Shown: positions 9,148 to 18,735 of the stretch, piece after piece
How positions within the stretch are numbered: the stretch's first letter is position 1
How the letters are laid out: each line of letters opens with the position of its first letter
Origin: an uncultured Acidobacteriota bacterium
GTDB lineage: Bacteria > Acidobacteriota > Thermoanaerobaculia > UBA5066 > Gp7-AA6
Length of the DNA stretch: 64,000 bases
Direction of reading: 5' to 3'
NCBI GenBank assembly: GCA_963837495.1
Contig: CAWINF010000001.1
Span: forward strand, 841,843 to 905,842
Position numbers and translations under genes: made by a program
Notes under the pieces: model-generated
What the model was told of the DNA's origin: nothing
The model's input: the letters and a program-made list of their open reading frames with translations, nothing else
Database searches by the model: none

Positions 9148-9993
9148 ATGAAAACCGTCAGGGAAGCGGCGTCGCTTCGCCAACTCATCCGCGAAGCGCG
9201 AGATCAGGGTAAGTCCATCGGTTTCGTCCCCACGATGGGGGCGCTGCACGAAGGGCATCTCTCGCTCGTGCGCCTGGCGCGAAAGGCCTGCGGATTCACG
9301 GTGGTTTCGATCTTCGTCAACCCGCTCCAGTTCACGCCGGGGGAAGACTTCGACCGTTATCCCCGGCGCGAGCAGGACGACGCCGCCCTGCTCGAGAGGG
9401 AGGGCGCGGATGCTCTCTACCTGCCCGACGCGCGCGCGTTCTATCCGCCGGATTTCTCGACGTCCATCGAGGTCGCCCGCGTCTCGGAAGGCGGGGAGGG
9501 GGCGGCGCGGCCCGGCCACTTTCGCGGAGTGGCGACAGTCGTCGCGAAGCTTTTCCTCCAGGTCCAGCCCGACTCCGCTTTTTTCGGACGCAAGGACCTG
9601 CAGCAGGTCGCCGTGATCCGGCGCATGGCGCGCGATCTGGATTTCCCGATCTCGATCGCGGTCGGCGACACCGTCCGGGAGCCGGACGGCCTCGCGCTCT
9701 CCTCTCGAAACGCCTATCTCTCCCCCGACGAGCGGCAGCTGGCCGCCGGTTTCCCGGCCGCTCTCTTCGAGGCCCGCGACCGCGTCGCGGCGGGAGAACG
9801 CGACGTCGAGCAGCTCGAGAAGGATACGCGCCGGGATCTCGAGTCCGCCGGGCTCTCGGTGGACTACGTCGAGATCGTCTCGCCCGAAACGATGAGCCGG
9901 CCGGCCCGAATCGAGCCGGGGTCTGCGCTCTGCGCCGCCGTCCGGGCGGGGAAGACGCGCCTCATCGACAACATCGCTCTCTTCGAACAGTGA
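9148..9993 (+). CDS. panC: Pantoate--beta-alanine ligase
   Basis: [18 protein letters not shown]...[13 protein letters not shown]...ALSSRN. Confidence 0.9.
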   Translation: MKTVREAASLRQLIREARDQGKSIGFVPTMGALHEGHLSLVRLARKACGFTVVSIFVNPLQFTPGEDFDRYPRREQDDAALLEREGADALYLPDARAFYPPDFSTSIEVARVSEGGEGAARPGHFRGVATVVAKLFLQVQPDSAFFGRKDLQQVAVIRRMARDLDFPISIAVGDTVREPDGLALSSRNAYLSPDERQLAAGFPAALFEARDRVAAGERDVEQLEKDTRRDLESAGLSVDYVEIVSPETMSRPARIEPGSALCAAVRAGKTRLIDNIALFEQ

Positions 9994-10042
9994 GAGAATC
10001 GGGGAGACCGATGAAACGATTTCTCAAGGAGTCCCGGAAACC

Positions 10043-10858
10043 ATGAGCAGCACGACCGACACAATCGAAACGCTTCCCTCGACCGCAATAGATCCCTTCG
10101 TCTTCGGCGGCAGGACGTTCACGTCGCGACTGATCGTCGGCACCGGCAAGTACTCGAGCTTTCCTCTCATGAAGGAAGCCCTGGAGGCCTCCGGCGCCGG
10201 GCTCGTGACGGTCGCCGTGCGCCGCGTGAACCTGACCGACCGGACGAAGGAGTCGCTCCTCGACTTCATTCCCTCCGCAATGACGCTGCTTCCCAACACG
10301 GCCGGCTGCTACTCGGCCGAGGACGCGGTGCGGGCGGCCCGCCTGGGGCGCGAGGTCGGCCTCTCCAACTGGGTCAAGCTCGAGGTGCTGGGCGACGAGC
10401 AGACGCTGTGGCCCGACAACGAGCAGCTCCTCGCGGCGACGAAAACGCTCGTCGGGGAAGGCTTCGTCGTCTTCCCCTACACCTCCGACGATCCGATCGT
10501 CGCCAGGAAGCTCGAAGACGCGGGCGCCGCGGCCGTCATGCCGCTCGGCGCGCCGATCGGGTCGGGGCTCGGGATCCAGAATCCCAACAACATCTCGATC
10601 ATCCTGGAGCGCGCGAAGGTTCCGGTCATCGTGGACGCGGGGGTCGGCACCGCTTCCGACGCGTGCGTCGCGATGGAATTGGGCGCGGCGGGCGTCCTGA
10701 TGAACACCGGCATCGCCGGAGCGAAGGATCCGGTCCGGATGGCCGGCGCGATGCGCGACGCGGTGCGGGCGGGACGGGCGGCCTATCTCTCCGGAAGGAT
10801 CCCGAGGAAACGCTACGCGACGGCCTCCTCTCCGCTGGAAGGCCGCATCGGCAGATAA
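10043..10858 (+). CDS. thiG: Thiazole synthase
   Basis: [12 protein letters not shown]...[10 protein letters not shown]...[11 protein letters not shown]...[14 protein letters not shown]. Confidence 0.9.
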   Translation: MSSTTDTIETLPSTAIDPFVFGGRTFTSRLIVGTGKYSSFPLMKEALEASGAGLVTVAVRRVNLTDRTKESLLDFIPSAMTLLPNTAGCYSAEDAVRAARLGREVGLSNWVKLEVLGDEQTLWPDNEQLLAATKTLVGEGFVVFPYTSDDPIVARKLEDAGAAAVMPLGAPIGSGLGIQNPNNISIILERAKVPVIVDAGVGTASDACVAMELGAAGVLMNTGIAGAKDPVRMAGAMRDAVRAGRAAYLSGRIPRKRYATASSPLEGRIGR

Positions 10859-11192
10859 GCCGCGCCTTTTCATCGAATTAAGCTGCCTCAACGGAGACGC
10901 CGCCGGTTTCCGTCAAAAAACATCTTGCAACAGCGAAGATTGGCGTGTTACGGTGCGCCAGCTTTACGAAGACCCCGCATAAGTGACTGCCGCCTTTATG
11001 TTTTTCCTTCCTCGATCCGTACGGCCCGGCGGGGAGACGTGCGCGTGCTCGAAAGGGGGTCGGTCCTAGAGAACCTTCCTTTCGGCGCCGCCGCGACCGG
11101 CGGAGCCCGATTCTTCAGATTCGAGTTTCGGAAACTTTTTTGACCGGGAACAAAAATCCCGGAGGGGAAAACCCAGGAGATCGGTAACTTCC

Positions 11193-11492
11193 ATGATGCA
11201 GCAATATACGGATAAGAACCTCACCTGCGTGGACTGTGGCGGCACGTTCCTTTTTTCGGCCGACGACCAGGAGTTCTACGCCCGCAAGGGATTCACCAAC
11301 GAGCCCAAGCGTTGCAAGCCCTGCCGCGACAAGCGCAAGGCCTCCTCGGGAGAGGGCCGCGAACGGACGTTCTACGATGTGACCTGCGACGGCTGCGGCA
11401 AGCAGACCCAGGTCCCCTTCAACCCGACCAACGGCAAGCCGGTTTACTGCCGCGAGTGCTATTCGGCGCGCCGCGCGCAGCAGGCCTACTGA
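11193..11492 (+). CDS. Small zinc-ribbon protein (two CxxC...CxxC units), 99 aa
   Basis: CVDCGGTF...CKPCRDK...CDGCGK...YCRECY; preceded by a 330-bp leader and followed by a strong terminator. Confidence 0.55.
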   Translation: MMQQYTDKNLTCVDCGGTFLFSADDQEFYARKGFTNEPKRCKPCRDKRKASSGEGRERTFYDVTCDGCGKQTQVPFNPTNGKPVYCRECYSARRAQQAY

Positions 11493-11511
11493 AGTTTTTT
11501 TTCGCATCTCG

Positions 11512-11541
11512 AAAGCCCCGGCATGCCGGGGCTTTTTTTTG
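11512..11541 (+). terminator. Rho-independent terminator AGCCCCGGCATGCCGGGGCT + T8
   Basis: Perfect GC stem followed by T-run; a second T8 run sits at 11495. Confidence 0.8.
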
Positions 11542-11851
11542 CTATCGTCGCTAGCCCGGATTATTCATGGTCACCCGGCCGAAACACAGGCGGCTCGCTG
11601 CGCCAACGAACGTTGTGACAGGAAACCAATGATTGCAGCCGGGAACAGGTTGTCCGCGACAGAGATTTTTCGTCGAGACAAGGAAGGGCGACGACGGCGA
11701 CCGTCCCCGGGGGTTCGGGGGACCAGGAGGTCCCCCGCCGTTCTTGTCTCATCGCCGAGGAGCCCTGACGCGGTATCGGCGAGCATCCATTATCAGGGGG
11801 CGCGTGGCGCCCCCTGTACCCCCGGGATCGGAGCGGCGGCCGGAGTCGATC

Positions 11852-12835
11852 ATGAATAATGCGGGCTCGGGAAATCCGCCTTTGAACCCTTCATCGCCCA
11901 CAGAAATTCACCGCGCTCTCGCGCTCGAGGACTCCATCGGAGCGACGCCGCTCGTGGAGCTGCCGCGACTCTCCCGCGGCGCCGCGCGGATCTTCGCCAA
12001 GCTCGAGTGGTTCAACCCCGGCGGAAGCGTGAAGGACCGCATCGGCCGCGCGATGATCGCGGACGCGGAGCGGCGGGGGCTTCTCGCTCCCGGCGGGACG
12101 ATCGTCGAACCGACCTCGGGCAACACCGGAGTGGCTCTCGCGATGCTCGCGGCGGTCAAGGGCTATCGCTGCGTGATCGTGATGCCGGCGGGCTACGGCC
12201 ACGTCAAGGCGAGGTTGATGGAGGCCCTGGGAGCGACGGTCATCCGGACCCCGTCAACGGACCTCATGAGCGGGGCAATCGACCGTGCCCGGCAGATCAC
12301 GGCCGCGACTCCCGGCGCCTACATGCCGAACCAGTTTTCCAACCCCGTCAATCCCCTCGCCCATTACGAGACGACGGGGCCCGAGATCGGGGAGGTCCTC
12401 GGCGATTCGGTGGACGCCTTCGTCGCAGGCGTCGGGACGACCGGGACGTTCATCGGCGTCGCACGGTACCTCCACGAACGCTCGCCCGATCTCCTGCGAG
12501 TCGCCGCCGAGCCACAGGGCTCGATCCTCGGCGGAGGAGAAAAGGGACCGCACGTGGTCGAGGGCATCGGCCTTTCGTTCTTTCCCGAGATCCTCGACCG
12601 CGGGCAGATCGACGAAGTCGTCACGATCACGGACGCGGAAGCCTTCGAGACCTGCCGGCGGCTGGCCCGCGAGGAAGGCCTCCTCGCCGGCGGCTCCTCG
12701 GGAGTTGCCGCGGCGGCGGCGCTGCGAATCGCGCGGCGCCTCGGGCCGGGCAAGACGGTGGTGACGATCTTCCCCGACGGAGCGGAGCGATACCCGGGGC
12801 AGGGCATCTTCGGAGAACCCGGAGCGATCGGGTAA
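11852..12835 (+). CDS. PLP-dependent cysteine synthase / cystathionine beta-synthase family enzyme
   Basis: KLEWFNPGGSVKDRIGRAMI lysine motif, TSGNTG, GVGTTGT. Confidence 0.8.
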   Translation: MNNAGSGNPPLNPSSPTEIHRALALEDSIGATPLVELPRLSRGAARIFAKLEWFNPGGSVKDRIGRAMIADAERRGLLAPGGTIVEPTSGNTGVALAMLAAVKGYRCVIVMPAGYGHVKARLMEALGATVIRTPSTDLMSGAIDRARQITAATPGAYMPNQFSNPVNPLAHYETTGPEIGEVLGDSVDAFVAGVGTTGTFIGVARYLHERSPDLLRVAAEPQGSILGGGEKGPHVVEGIGLSFFPEILDRGQIDEVVTITDAEAFETCRRLAREEGLLAGGSSGVAAAAALRIARRLGPGKTVVTIFPDGAERYPGQGIFGEPGAIG

Positions 12836-12862
12836 TTCCGCAAAGTCGAATCGAGGTCAAGA

Positions 12863-14002
12863 ATGGGTTTCTCGACCGATTGCATCCACGCGGGCAATGC
12901 TCCGGATCCTCTGACGGGCGCGGTCTCGGTGCCGATCTACCAGACCTCGACGTACGTGCAGGAGGCGCTGGGCAAGCACAAGGGCTACGAGTACGCGCGC
13001 ACCCAGAACCCGACCCGCGAAGCGCTCGAGGAGAACCTCGCGGTACTGGAAGGGGGAGCGGGCGCCCGGGCGTTCGCCTCCGGCATGGCGGCCATCACGG
13101 CCGTCTCGACATTCGTCAAGGCGGGCGAGCACGTCGTCTGCTCCGACATGACCTACGGCGGGACGCACCGCTACTACACGAAGATCCAGGCTCGCTACGG
13201 CGTCGAGTTCTCCTTCGTGGACACCTCCGACGCGGAAGTCGTCCGCCGGGCGTTGCGGGACAACACACGCCTGCTGCACCTGGAATCCCCGACGAACCCG
13301 ACGATGACGGTCTGCGACATCGCGCTGCTGTCGGAGATCGCCCACGAGCGCGGCGCGCTCGTCGTCGTGGACAACACCTTCGCGTCTCCGTATCTCCAGA
13401 AGCCGCTCGGCCTGGGGGCGGACATCGTCGTCCACTCCACGACGAAGTTCTTGAACGGCCACTCCGACTCCGTGGGAGGCATCGCCGTCGCCGCCAGCCC
13501 CGAGCACGTCGAGTGGCTCTCCTTCGTCCAGAACGGCTCGGGAGCGATCCTCTCGCCGCTGGACTCCTGGCTCGTGCTGCGCGGCATCAAGACTCTGGCG
13601 GTCCGCATGGAGCGGCACGAGGCGAACGGCCGCGAGGTCGCACGGTTCCTCGCCTCGCACGCGAAGATCCGGAAGGTCTATTACCCGGGCCTCCCCGACC
13701 ACCCCCAGCACGAGCTCGCGAAGAGACAGATGCGCGGCTTCGGCGCGATGATCTCCTTCGACCTGGGCTCCTATGAGACCGCGAGCCGATTCCTCGCCGC
13801 GGTGCGGCTCTGCTCCCTGGGCGAGAGCCTTGGCGGAGTCGAGACGCTGATCTCGCATCCCGCGACGATGACGCACGCTTCGATCCCGGAAGCGGAACGC
13901 AACCGCCTGGGCGTCACTCCCGGCCTCGTGCGGATCTCCGTCGGCATCGAGGACGTCGCGGACCTGATCGCCGACCTGGAGCAGGCCTTCGCCGCGATCT
14001 GA
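12863..14002 (+). CDS. Cystathionine gamma-lyase/gamma-synthase family PLP enzyme (Cys/Met metabolism)
   Basis: VSVPIYQTSTY...HSTTKFLNGHSD lysine motif; 27 nt downstream of the CBS-like gene (transsulfuration pair). Confidence 0.85.
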   Translation: MGFSTDCIHAGNAPDPLTGAVSVPIYQTSTYVQEALGKHKGYEYARTQNPTREALEENLAVLEGGAGARAFASGMAAITAVSTFVKAGEHVVCSDMTYGGTHRYYTKIQARYGVEFSFVDTSDAEVVRRALRDNTRLLHLESPTNPTMTVCDIALLSEIAHERGALVVVDNTFASPYLQKPLGLGADIVVHSTTKFLNGHSDSVGGIAVAASPEHVEWLSFVQNGSGAILSPLDSWLVLRGIKTLAVRMERHEANGREVARFLASHAKIRKVYYPGLPDHPQHELAKRQMRGFGAMISFDLGSYETASRFLAAVRLCSLGESLGGVETLISHPATMTHASIPEAERNRLGVTPGLVRISVGIEDVADLIADLEQAFAAI

Positions 14003-14050
14003 GTCGGATTCGCGAACCGCGTCTTACCCTGTCATCCCTTCGCCCCCTCC

Positions 14051-14237
14051 CTGTCATCCTGAGCGCAGCGAAGGATCTGCTCCATCCGTTCGAGCGGTGC
14101 CCTCCCGCTCAGGGCAAGCTCTGGGCGCAGCGAAGATCTGCTCCCGTCGGGCTGTCTTAACCGGAGCAGATTCTTCGTCGCTCCGCTCGCGCCGTCGCCA
14201 TAGCGGCTTTGGCGCGTCGGCGACCTCAGAATGACAG
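14051..14237. repeat. MITE-like element (CTGTCATCCTGAGCG ... CCTCAGAATGACAG)
   Basis: TIRs and internal sequence match the 908-1218 cluster. Confidence 0.6.
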
Positions 14238-14251
14238 GAAGGCCGCAAGAG

Positions 14252-14635
14252 TCAGCGCGCGGCGGCCCGCTTCCTCGTCGAGGACTTCTTGCCGCGGGGC
14301 TGTCTCTTCGCGTGTTCCGTCGCGTCCGTGATCCAGGAGGCGAAGGCGGGAGAAGCGGAGTCCACGCGGTAGGCGAGGACCTCAGGAAGCTCGTACGTGT
14401 TCATCTTCTGGATCGTCTCGCGCACCGCCTCGAACTCCCGTGCGCGCGTCTTGATGAGCAGCAGGTACTCCTCGTCGTCGCAGACCCGGCCCTTCCACCG
14501 GTAGATCGAGTGGACGTTGGGAACCAGGTTCACGCACGCCGCGTGGTGGCTGCGGACGAGGGCGTTGGCGATGTCGAGCGCCTGGTCCTCCGTCCCGACG
14601 GACGTGACCACAACGAGCAGGTCCTCCTTTCGCAC
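14252..14635 (-). CDS. cutA: CutA divalent-cation tolerance protein (GTG start assumed; ORF extends to ATG at 14746)
   Basis: LLVVVTSVGTEDQALDIANALV...AACVNLVPNVHSIYRWKG...LLIKT. Confidence 0.7.
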   Translation of the reverse strand: MRKEDLLVVVTSVGTEDQALDIANALVRSHHAACVNLVPNVHSIYRWKGRVCDDEEYLLLIKTRAREFEAVRETIQKMNTYELPEVLAYRVDSASPAFASWITDATEHAKRQPRGKKSSTRKRAAAR

Positions 14636-14767
14636 GGCCTCATTCCATGCTTTGCCGCCGGCCGTTGTCAAGCAAATCGAGCGCGCCGCCCGGGGAAATA
14701 CCGCGGAACCGAAACTGTTAACATGAAGACCTGATCTTTGAGCCAATCGAGCGAGGGCTCATCCCAT

Positions 14768-15128
14768 GGGGGCGAAACGGCTTCGACGGGGACGAGCACG
14801 CGAAAGGTTGCATGCCGAGGTCTCACCTACCTCGTTAATAAGGTGAAAAATGATAGCTGCCAATAACAGCAATCTCGCTCTCGCTGCGTAATTAACGCGC
14901 AGTGACGGTGTCCGGGAAGCGCACCCGCCGCGTCCCGTACGCCGACGCCAAATGCGGGTGTAGGTGCCGCGGACCTCCGGACGCGGCAGCGAAAACCATT
15001 CGGGGATGCCTGACCGCTGTTTTGCCTCTTCTCGAGGCGGCCGGGCGAGAACCAAGAAGAGGCTGAGCATGGAGTAGCCTCTCCCGTGACGCTTCCGGAC
15101 GCGGGTTCAACTCCCGCCGCCTCCACCA
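14768..15128 (+). ncRNA. ssrA: tmRNA (ssrA); encoded tag ANNSNLALAA, stop UAA
   Basis: 5-prime GGGGCGAAACGGCTTCGACGGGG...GGTTGCATGCCGAGG; tag reading frame GCC AAT AAC AGC AAT CTC GCT CTC GCT GCG TAA; 3-prime GGACGCGGGTTCAACTCCCGCCGCCTCCACCA. Confidence 0.9.
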
Positions 15129-15266
15129 ATTTCCCTCCTGGACGATCCTCCCCGACCCGACGGCGCATCGGCGCTGTCCAAGAATTCCTTCTCGCGATTT
15201 CAGGCCCTTCGAGCCGGCCCGGGAACCGATTTCCTCGAATGTCAAACTCCCGGCGGAGCCTCTGAT

Positions 15267-15480
15267 TTGAGCAAGACACGCCAGTTCACAGCAGTCATCG
15301 AAAGGGAAGGATCTGGATGTTTCGCTCTCTGCCCCGAACTGGACGTTGCCAGGCGAGGGTGCCACCGAGGCAGATCTCTTGGAGGGCTATCCGCGCCTGA
15401 CCTCGGAGGATATCCGCGCCGCTCTAGCCTACGCGGCCGACACTCTCGCTCACGAAGAAACGCTCATTCTCGAGGGACCA
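15267..15480 (+). pseudogene. Chimeric remnant: HicB/UPF0150-like N-terminus (FTAVIEREGSGCFALCPELDVA) running out of frame into a DUF433 C-terminal segment (EADLLEGYPRLTSEDIRAALAYAA)
   Basis: Two recognisable motifs in different frames. Confidence 0.4.
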
Positions 15481-15501
15481 ACAAAGTCCTGACGGCGAGT
15501 A

Positions 15502-15682
15502 ATGCAGTTCCTCGCCGACGAGAGCTGCGACTTCGCGCTCGTGCGAGCAATCAGGGAGGCTGGCCACGACGTGGTCGCAGTCGCCGAAATCTTCCCGAGG
15601 GCGGAGGACTCTAAGGTTCTCGCGCGCGCCCTGGATGAAGGGCGAATCCTTCTCACAGAGGATAAGGATTGCCTGCTAAACT
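15502..15682 (+). pseudogene. DUF5615 (PIN-like) N-terminal remnant
   Basis: MQFLADESCDFALVRAIREAGHDVVAVAEI...RILLTEDKD then frame decays. Confidence 0.4.
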
Positions 15683-15907
15683 GTGGACATGGAATTCGAC
15701 CGGATTACTTTCGACCCGGCGGTCATGGGCGGTCGCGCGTGCATTCGAGGAATGCGGATCCCGGTCTCCGTCATCGTGGGCCAGATTGCTCATGGAGCAT
15801 CGGTCGAGGAGATCCTCCTTGGGTACCCCGACCTCGAGTCCGAAGACATCCAGCAGGCTCTCGAGTACGCTGCATGGCTGACGCGCGAAGAGGTCTTCTC
15901 CTCTTAA
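15683..15907 (+). CDS. DUF433 protein (antitoxin-like)
   Basis: ITFDPAVMGGRACIRGMRIPVSVIVGQIAHGASVEEILLGYPDLESEDIQQALEYAA. Confidence 0.75.
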   Translation: MDMEFDRITFDPAVMGGRACIRGMRIPVSVIVGQIAHGASVEEILLGYPDLESEDIQQALEYAAWLTREEVFSS

Positions 15908-15910
15908 GAC

Positions 15911-16498
15911 TTGCGCTTCCTGGCGGACATGGGAGTCAGCATGGAAGTCGTCCGCTGGCTTCAGAGTGAAGGACACGATGCTGTTCACCTGCGAGAGCAA
16001 TCCTTGCAGAGACTTCCAGATCCCCGGATCTTCGCGAAGGCCAACGAGGAAGACAGAGTTCTTCTGACCTTTGATCTCGATTTTGGGGAGATTGCCGCAC
16101 TGTCGAGAGGCACTCCCGGGAAAGTCATCGTCTTCCGCTTACGAAACACCCGAGTATCGAACGTGATCGCCAGACTTTCCTCCGTCATTTCTCTTTGTCG
16201 GGCTGAGCTCGAGCGGGGCCGTCGTCAGCGTCGAGGACTCGCGGCATCGAGTTCGGCTGCTTCCAATTGGACGCTCCTAGAGACCGACCATGGTTGCATC
16301 CGCCTCCGGACGGAATTCCTCCCTTCGAGGGCGCCGGTCTTTGGCTCGGCGCGGTCCAACACGAAGGAAACCGCAACTCCTCTGCGGAGGAATTGGACGC
16401 CATGGACCGGATCGTTCGCCTGCTCGCTTGCGTGGAAACTGCGCCTTCGGCGCACCGGCCAGCGACTCGGCCGGATGTGGCCTCGATCGCTGGCCTGA
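15911..16498 (+). CDS. DUF5615 (PIN-like toxin-like). Domain covers ~15911-16240; the ORF reads on ~80 aa, possibly a lost stop.
   Basis: MRFLADMGVSMEVVRWLQSEGHDAVHL...RVLLTFDLDFGEIAA. Confidence 0.6.
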   Translation: MRFLADMGVSMEVVRWLQSEGHDAVHLREQSLQRLPDPRIFAKANEEDRVLLTFDLDFGEIAALSRGTPGKVIVFRLRNTRVSNVIARLSSVISLCRAELERGRRQRRGLAASSSAASNWTLLETDHGCIRLRTEFLPSRAPVFGSARSNTKETATPLRRNWTPWTGSFACSLAWKLRLRRTGQRLGRMWPRSLA

Positions 16499-16581
16499 TC
16501 CCCTGCAATCGCTACGCTCCCGGTTGCATGCTGGTGATTTATTGGATGTGTCGCCGAGGGCGTGTCGAGGAAACGCCTCCC

Positions 16582-16625
16582 TTGTCATCCTGAGCGAAGC
16601 GAAGGATCTGCTCTCGTCGCAGGAC
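16582..16625. repeat. Half MITE (TTGTCATCCTGAGCGAAGCGAAGGATCTGCTC)
   Basis: Matches the left arm of elements at 908 and 14051. Confidence 0.5.
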
Positions 16626-16679
16626 TGGCGGGCGCCTCCAGGGGACAGCCGAGGTCTTCTACTCGACCCTCGCCGGCAT

Positions 16680-16886
16680 TCAGGGCTCCCGTGCGATCCG
16701 CCTCTTCAGCTTCATCGAGGAGATTACGGGACCGTCTTTGTCTCCAAGACGATCGAGCGCGACCTGGTGGTCGGCATATTCCTCCAGATACGCCTCCAGG
16801 GCCTTTTCGATGAAGTCGGTCTTGGGACGATCCGTCTGTTTGGAGAGCCTGTCGAGGGCCCCGGCGCTCCGATTACCGAGGCGCAC
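16680..16886 (-). CDS. Ribbon-helix-helix (CopG/RelB-like) protein; orphan antitoxin candidate
   Basis: GALDRLSKQTDRPKTDFIEKALEAYLEE. Confidence 0.45.
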   Translation of the reverse strand: MRLGNRSAGALDRLSKQTDRPKTDFIEKALEAYLEEYADHQVALDRLGDKDGPVISSMKLKRRIAREP

Positions 16887-16937
16887 GGAAAAGGTCTCGA
16901 CATCGTTTGCCTCACAAGCAATACCGAGAGGTCCGCC

Positions 16938-17903
16938 TCACCTGGGAGTCGGAGTCGCGCGAGGCTTTCCGTCCGGTGACAGCTTCTCGGATGCGGAGAG
17001 GAGCTTGGCGAGGACCTCGTCGTAGTACGGCTTCTCGCGCAGGCCGGTGTACTTGCCCGGGAAGAAGGCCAGCGAGATGTCCGCGCTCCCGCCGGCGGCG
17101 TCGAAGTTGTTCAACACCACGGCGAAGCGCTGATCATGGGAGAGGCGCGTGTTGTCGATCATCGGGAAATCGAAATAGTCGAGCCAGAACTCCGTCGCGG
17201 TGGTCTCGGCGCTTCCTTCCTCCCCGGTGCGGACCGTCACACGCAGCTGCAGGCCTTCCTCTTTGGGATCCGCGCCCAGCACCTCCAGCTTGAAGTTTCG
17301 CCGGACGCCGCCGAACTCCAGGTCTTTCGCGAGCGATGAGAGATTCTTCCCCTGAGGCCCGCGGAACGCCAGCGCTTTCAAGTCTGCCGTGGCGTCGAAC
17401 GAGGTCCCTCCCTCTCCGATGATGAGCATCTGCTTCTTCGCCACTTCGTCGGCGAGGCGGTTCAAACGGGTCATGTACTCCTGGCGGAGCGGGCTGTCCT
17501 TGACCTGCCGCTGGATGTGACGGAAGAGGGGCTTCAGGTTGAGCGACTCGTGGAAGTTGTACACGAGCAGCTCCAGGTTGAGCACCTGCTCTTCGGGAGT
17601 CTGCCTTCCCGTGCGCAGGAACGATTCGATGATCGACTTGAACATGTCCTTGCGCAGGGAGCTCTCGGACTCCTCGCGGCGGCTCGTCAGCTCGGAGTAG
17701 AGCCGCGCGTTGGTGTCCTGCGTCTGGAGCCGCTCCCTCAGCGCCGCCTCCCGCCCTTCACGCTCGCGCAGGTAGGCGGAGGTCCAGAACCCGAGGACGG
17801 CCACCGCGACCGCCGTCAACAGCCCGCCGACGGGCTTGAGGATGATCTCGGCCTTGTCCCATCCGTCGCGTTCGCGTCGCCGCCCGGCCGCGCTCTCCTC
17901 CAT
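16938..17903 (-). CDS. Hypothetical single-pass membrane protein; ATG overlaps upstream stop (TGATG)
   Basis: One hydrophobic segment (LLTAVAVAVLGFWTSAYL); no recognised domain. Confidence 0.4.
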   Translation of the reverse strand: MEESAAGRRRERDGWDKAEIILKPVGGLLTAVAVAVLGFWTSAYLREREGREAALRERLQTQDTNARLYSELTSRREESESSLRKDMFKSIIESFLRTGRQTPEEQVLNLELLVYNFHESLNLKPLFRHIQRQVKDSPLRQEYMTRLNRLADEVAKKQMLIIGEGGTSFDATADLKALAFRGPQGKNLSSLAKDLEFGGVRRNFKLEVLGADPKEEGLQLRVTVRTGEEGSAETTATEFWLDYFDFPMIDNTRLSHDQRFAVVLNNFDAAGGSADISLAFFPGKYTGLREKPYYDEVLAKLLSASEKLSPDGKPRATPTPR

Positions 17904-18232
17904 CACTTCCTCGTCAGGCTGAGCTTCCCCGCCGCTTCCTTGACTTCCAGGTCGTACCGGCTCGGCTTCTCGTAGACAGTGACCTTCAGGGACGGGTTCG
18001 CCTTCTTGTACTCGATCGACAGGACGCACTCCCCCGTCGCCGCGGTCTTCAGACTGTAATACCCGAACTTGTCCGTCTGGGCCGCCGCCGAAGTCCCTCC
18101 GCAATCGAGCTTCAGTGCGACTCCCTCCGGAAGCGGCTTGCCCCCTTCGCTGACTGTCCCGTGGATCTCCGCCGCCCCGACACCCAGCGCCACACCCACC
18201 CAGCAGATACCGATCAGAAACGTCTTCCTCAT
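17903..18232 (-). CDS. Small secreted protein with carboxypeptidase-regulatory-like beta-sandwich signature
   Basis: Signal peptide MRKTFLIGICWVGVALGVGAA; GTVSEGGKPLPEGVALKL...DKFGYYSL. Confidence 0.45.
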   Translation of the reverse strand: MRKTFLIGICWVGVALGVGAAEIHGTVSEGGKPLPEGVALKLDCGGTSAAAQTDKFGYYSLKTAATGECVLSIEYKKANPSLKVTVYEKPSRYDLEVKEAAGKLSLTRK

Positions 18233-18292
18233 CCTAAACCTCCAGGGCGCAATGGTACGCCCGGTCAATCAGCAAGGTAGAATCGAAAAGCT

Positions 18293-18538
18293 ATGACCCG
18301 CGAAGAGCTCCTCTCTCGCATCACGATCAATCCCGACGTTTGTTTCGGCAAGCCCTGCATCCGAGGACATCGGATCTGGGTTTCTCTGATCCTGGACTTT
18401 CTGGCGGCCGGCCAATCCATGGATGAGATTCAGCGCGAGTACGGTCTTGAGGAAGCGGACATTCTGGCCTGCATTGCCTATGGCGCCGAGATGGCGCGCG
18501 AGCGTTACGTCGAGGTGCCTCTCACCAGACGCAGTTGA
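18293..18538 (+). CDS. DUF433 protein
   Basis: ITINPDVCFGKPCIRGHRIWVSLILDFLAAGQSMDEIQREYGLEEADILACIAYGA. Confidence 0.75.
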   Translation: MTREELLSRITINPDVCFGKPCIRGHRIWVSLILDFLAAGQSMDEIQREYGLEEADILACIAYGAEMARERYVEVPLTRRS

Positions 18539-18735
18539 GACTCGAGTTGGACGAGAATCTGGGCCGCCTGGCAAAGAAACGCTCAGGGTTCAATCAGTTC
18601 GAGGAATTCCCGCGGGCTCTCTACCTTCCGGCTCGCAGTCTTTCGATCGAAGAGGTTCCTGTCCCCTGTAACGAGGACAGCCGCGGCATGCCTGTCGAGG
18701 ATCCGCCAGAGGTGATCGTCTCCTTTGTCGCGTGA
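18535..18735 (+). pseudogene. DUF5615-like remnant (MRLELDENL... then decays)
   Basis: Only the first ~10 aa match the family. Confidence 0.3.

Noticed and set aside
8055-9188. Long overlapping ORFs (8055-9188 minus, 8072-9151 plus) over panB
   Set aside because: panB is unambiguous in its own frame; the others are GC-artefact frames. The minus ORF merely picks up the MITE-derived CHPERSEGS peptide.
9994-10042. TPP riboswitch upstream of thiG
   Set aside because: Only 49 nt between panC stop and thiG start; contains a CTGAGA-like motif but far too short for the ~100-nt THI element.
12007-13876. 589-aa plus ORF and 339-aa minus ORF overlapping the cysteine-synthase/CGL genes
   Set aside because: Alternative-frame or antisense low-complexity translations; the true genes carry clear PLP-enzyme motifs.
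15129-15270. Integrase or attachment site immediately 3-prime of tmRNA
   Set aside because: No tyrosine-recombinase-like ORF in any frame within 4 kb downstream; could not find a second copy of the ssrA 3-prime end by eye (needs a computational check).
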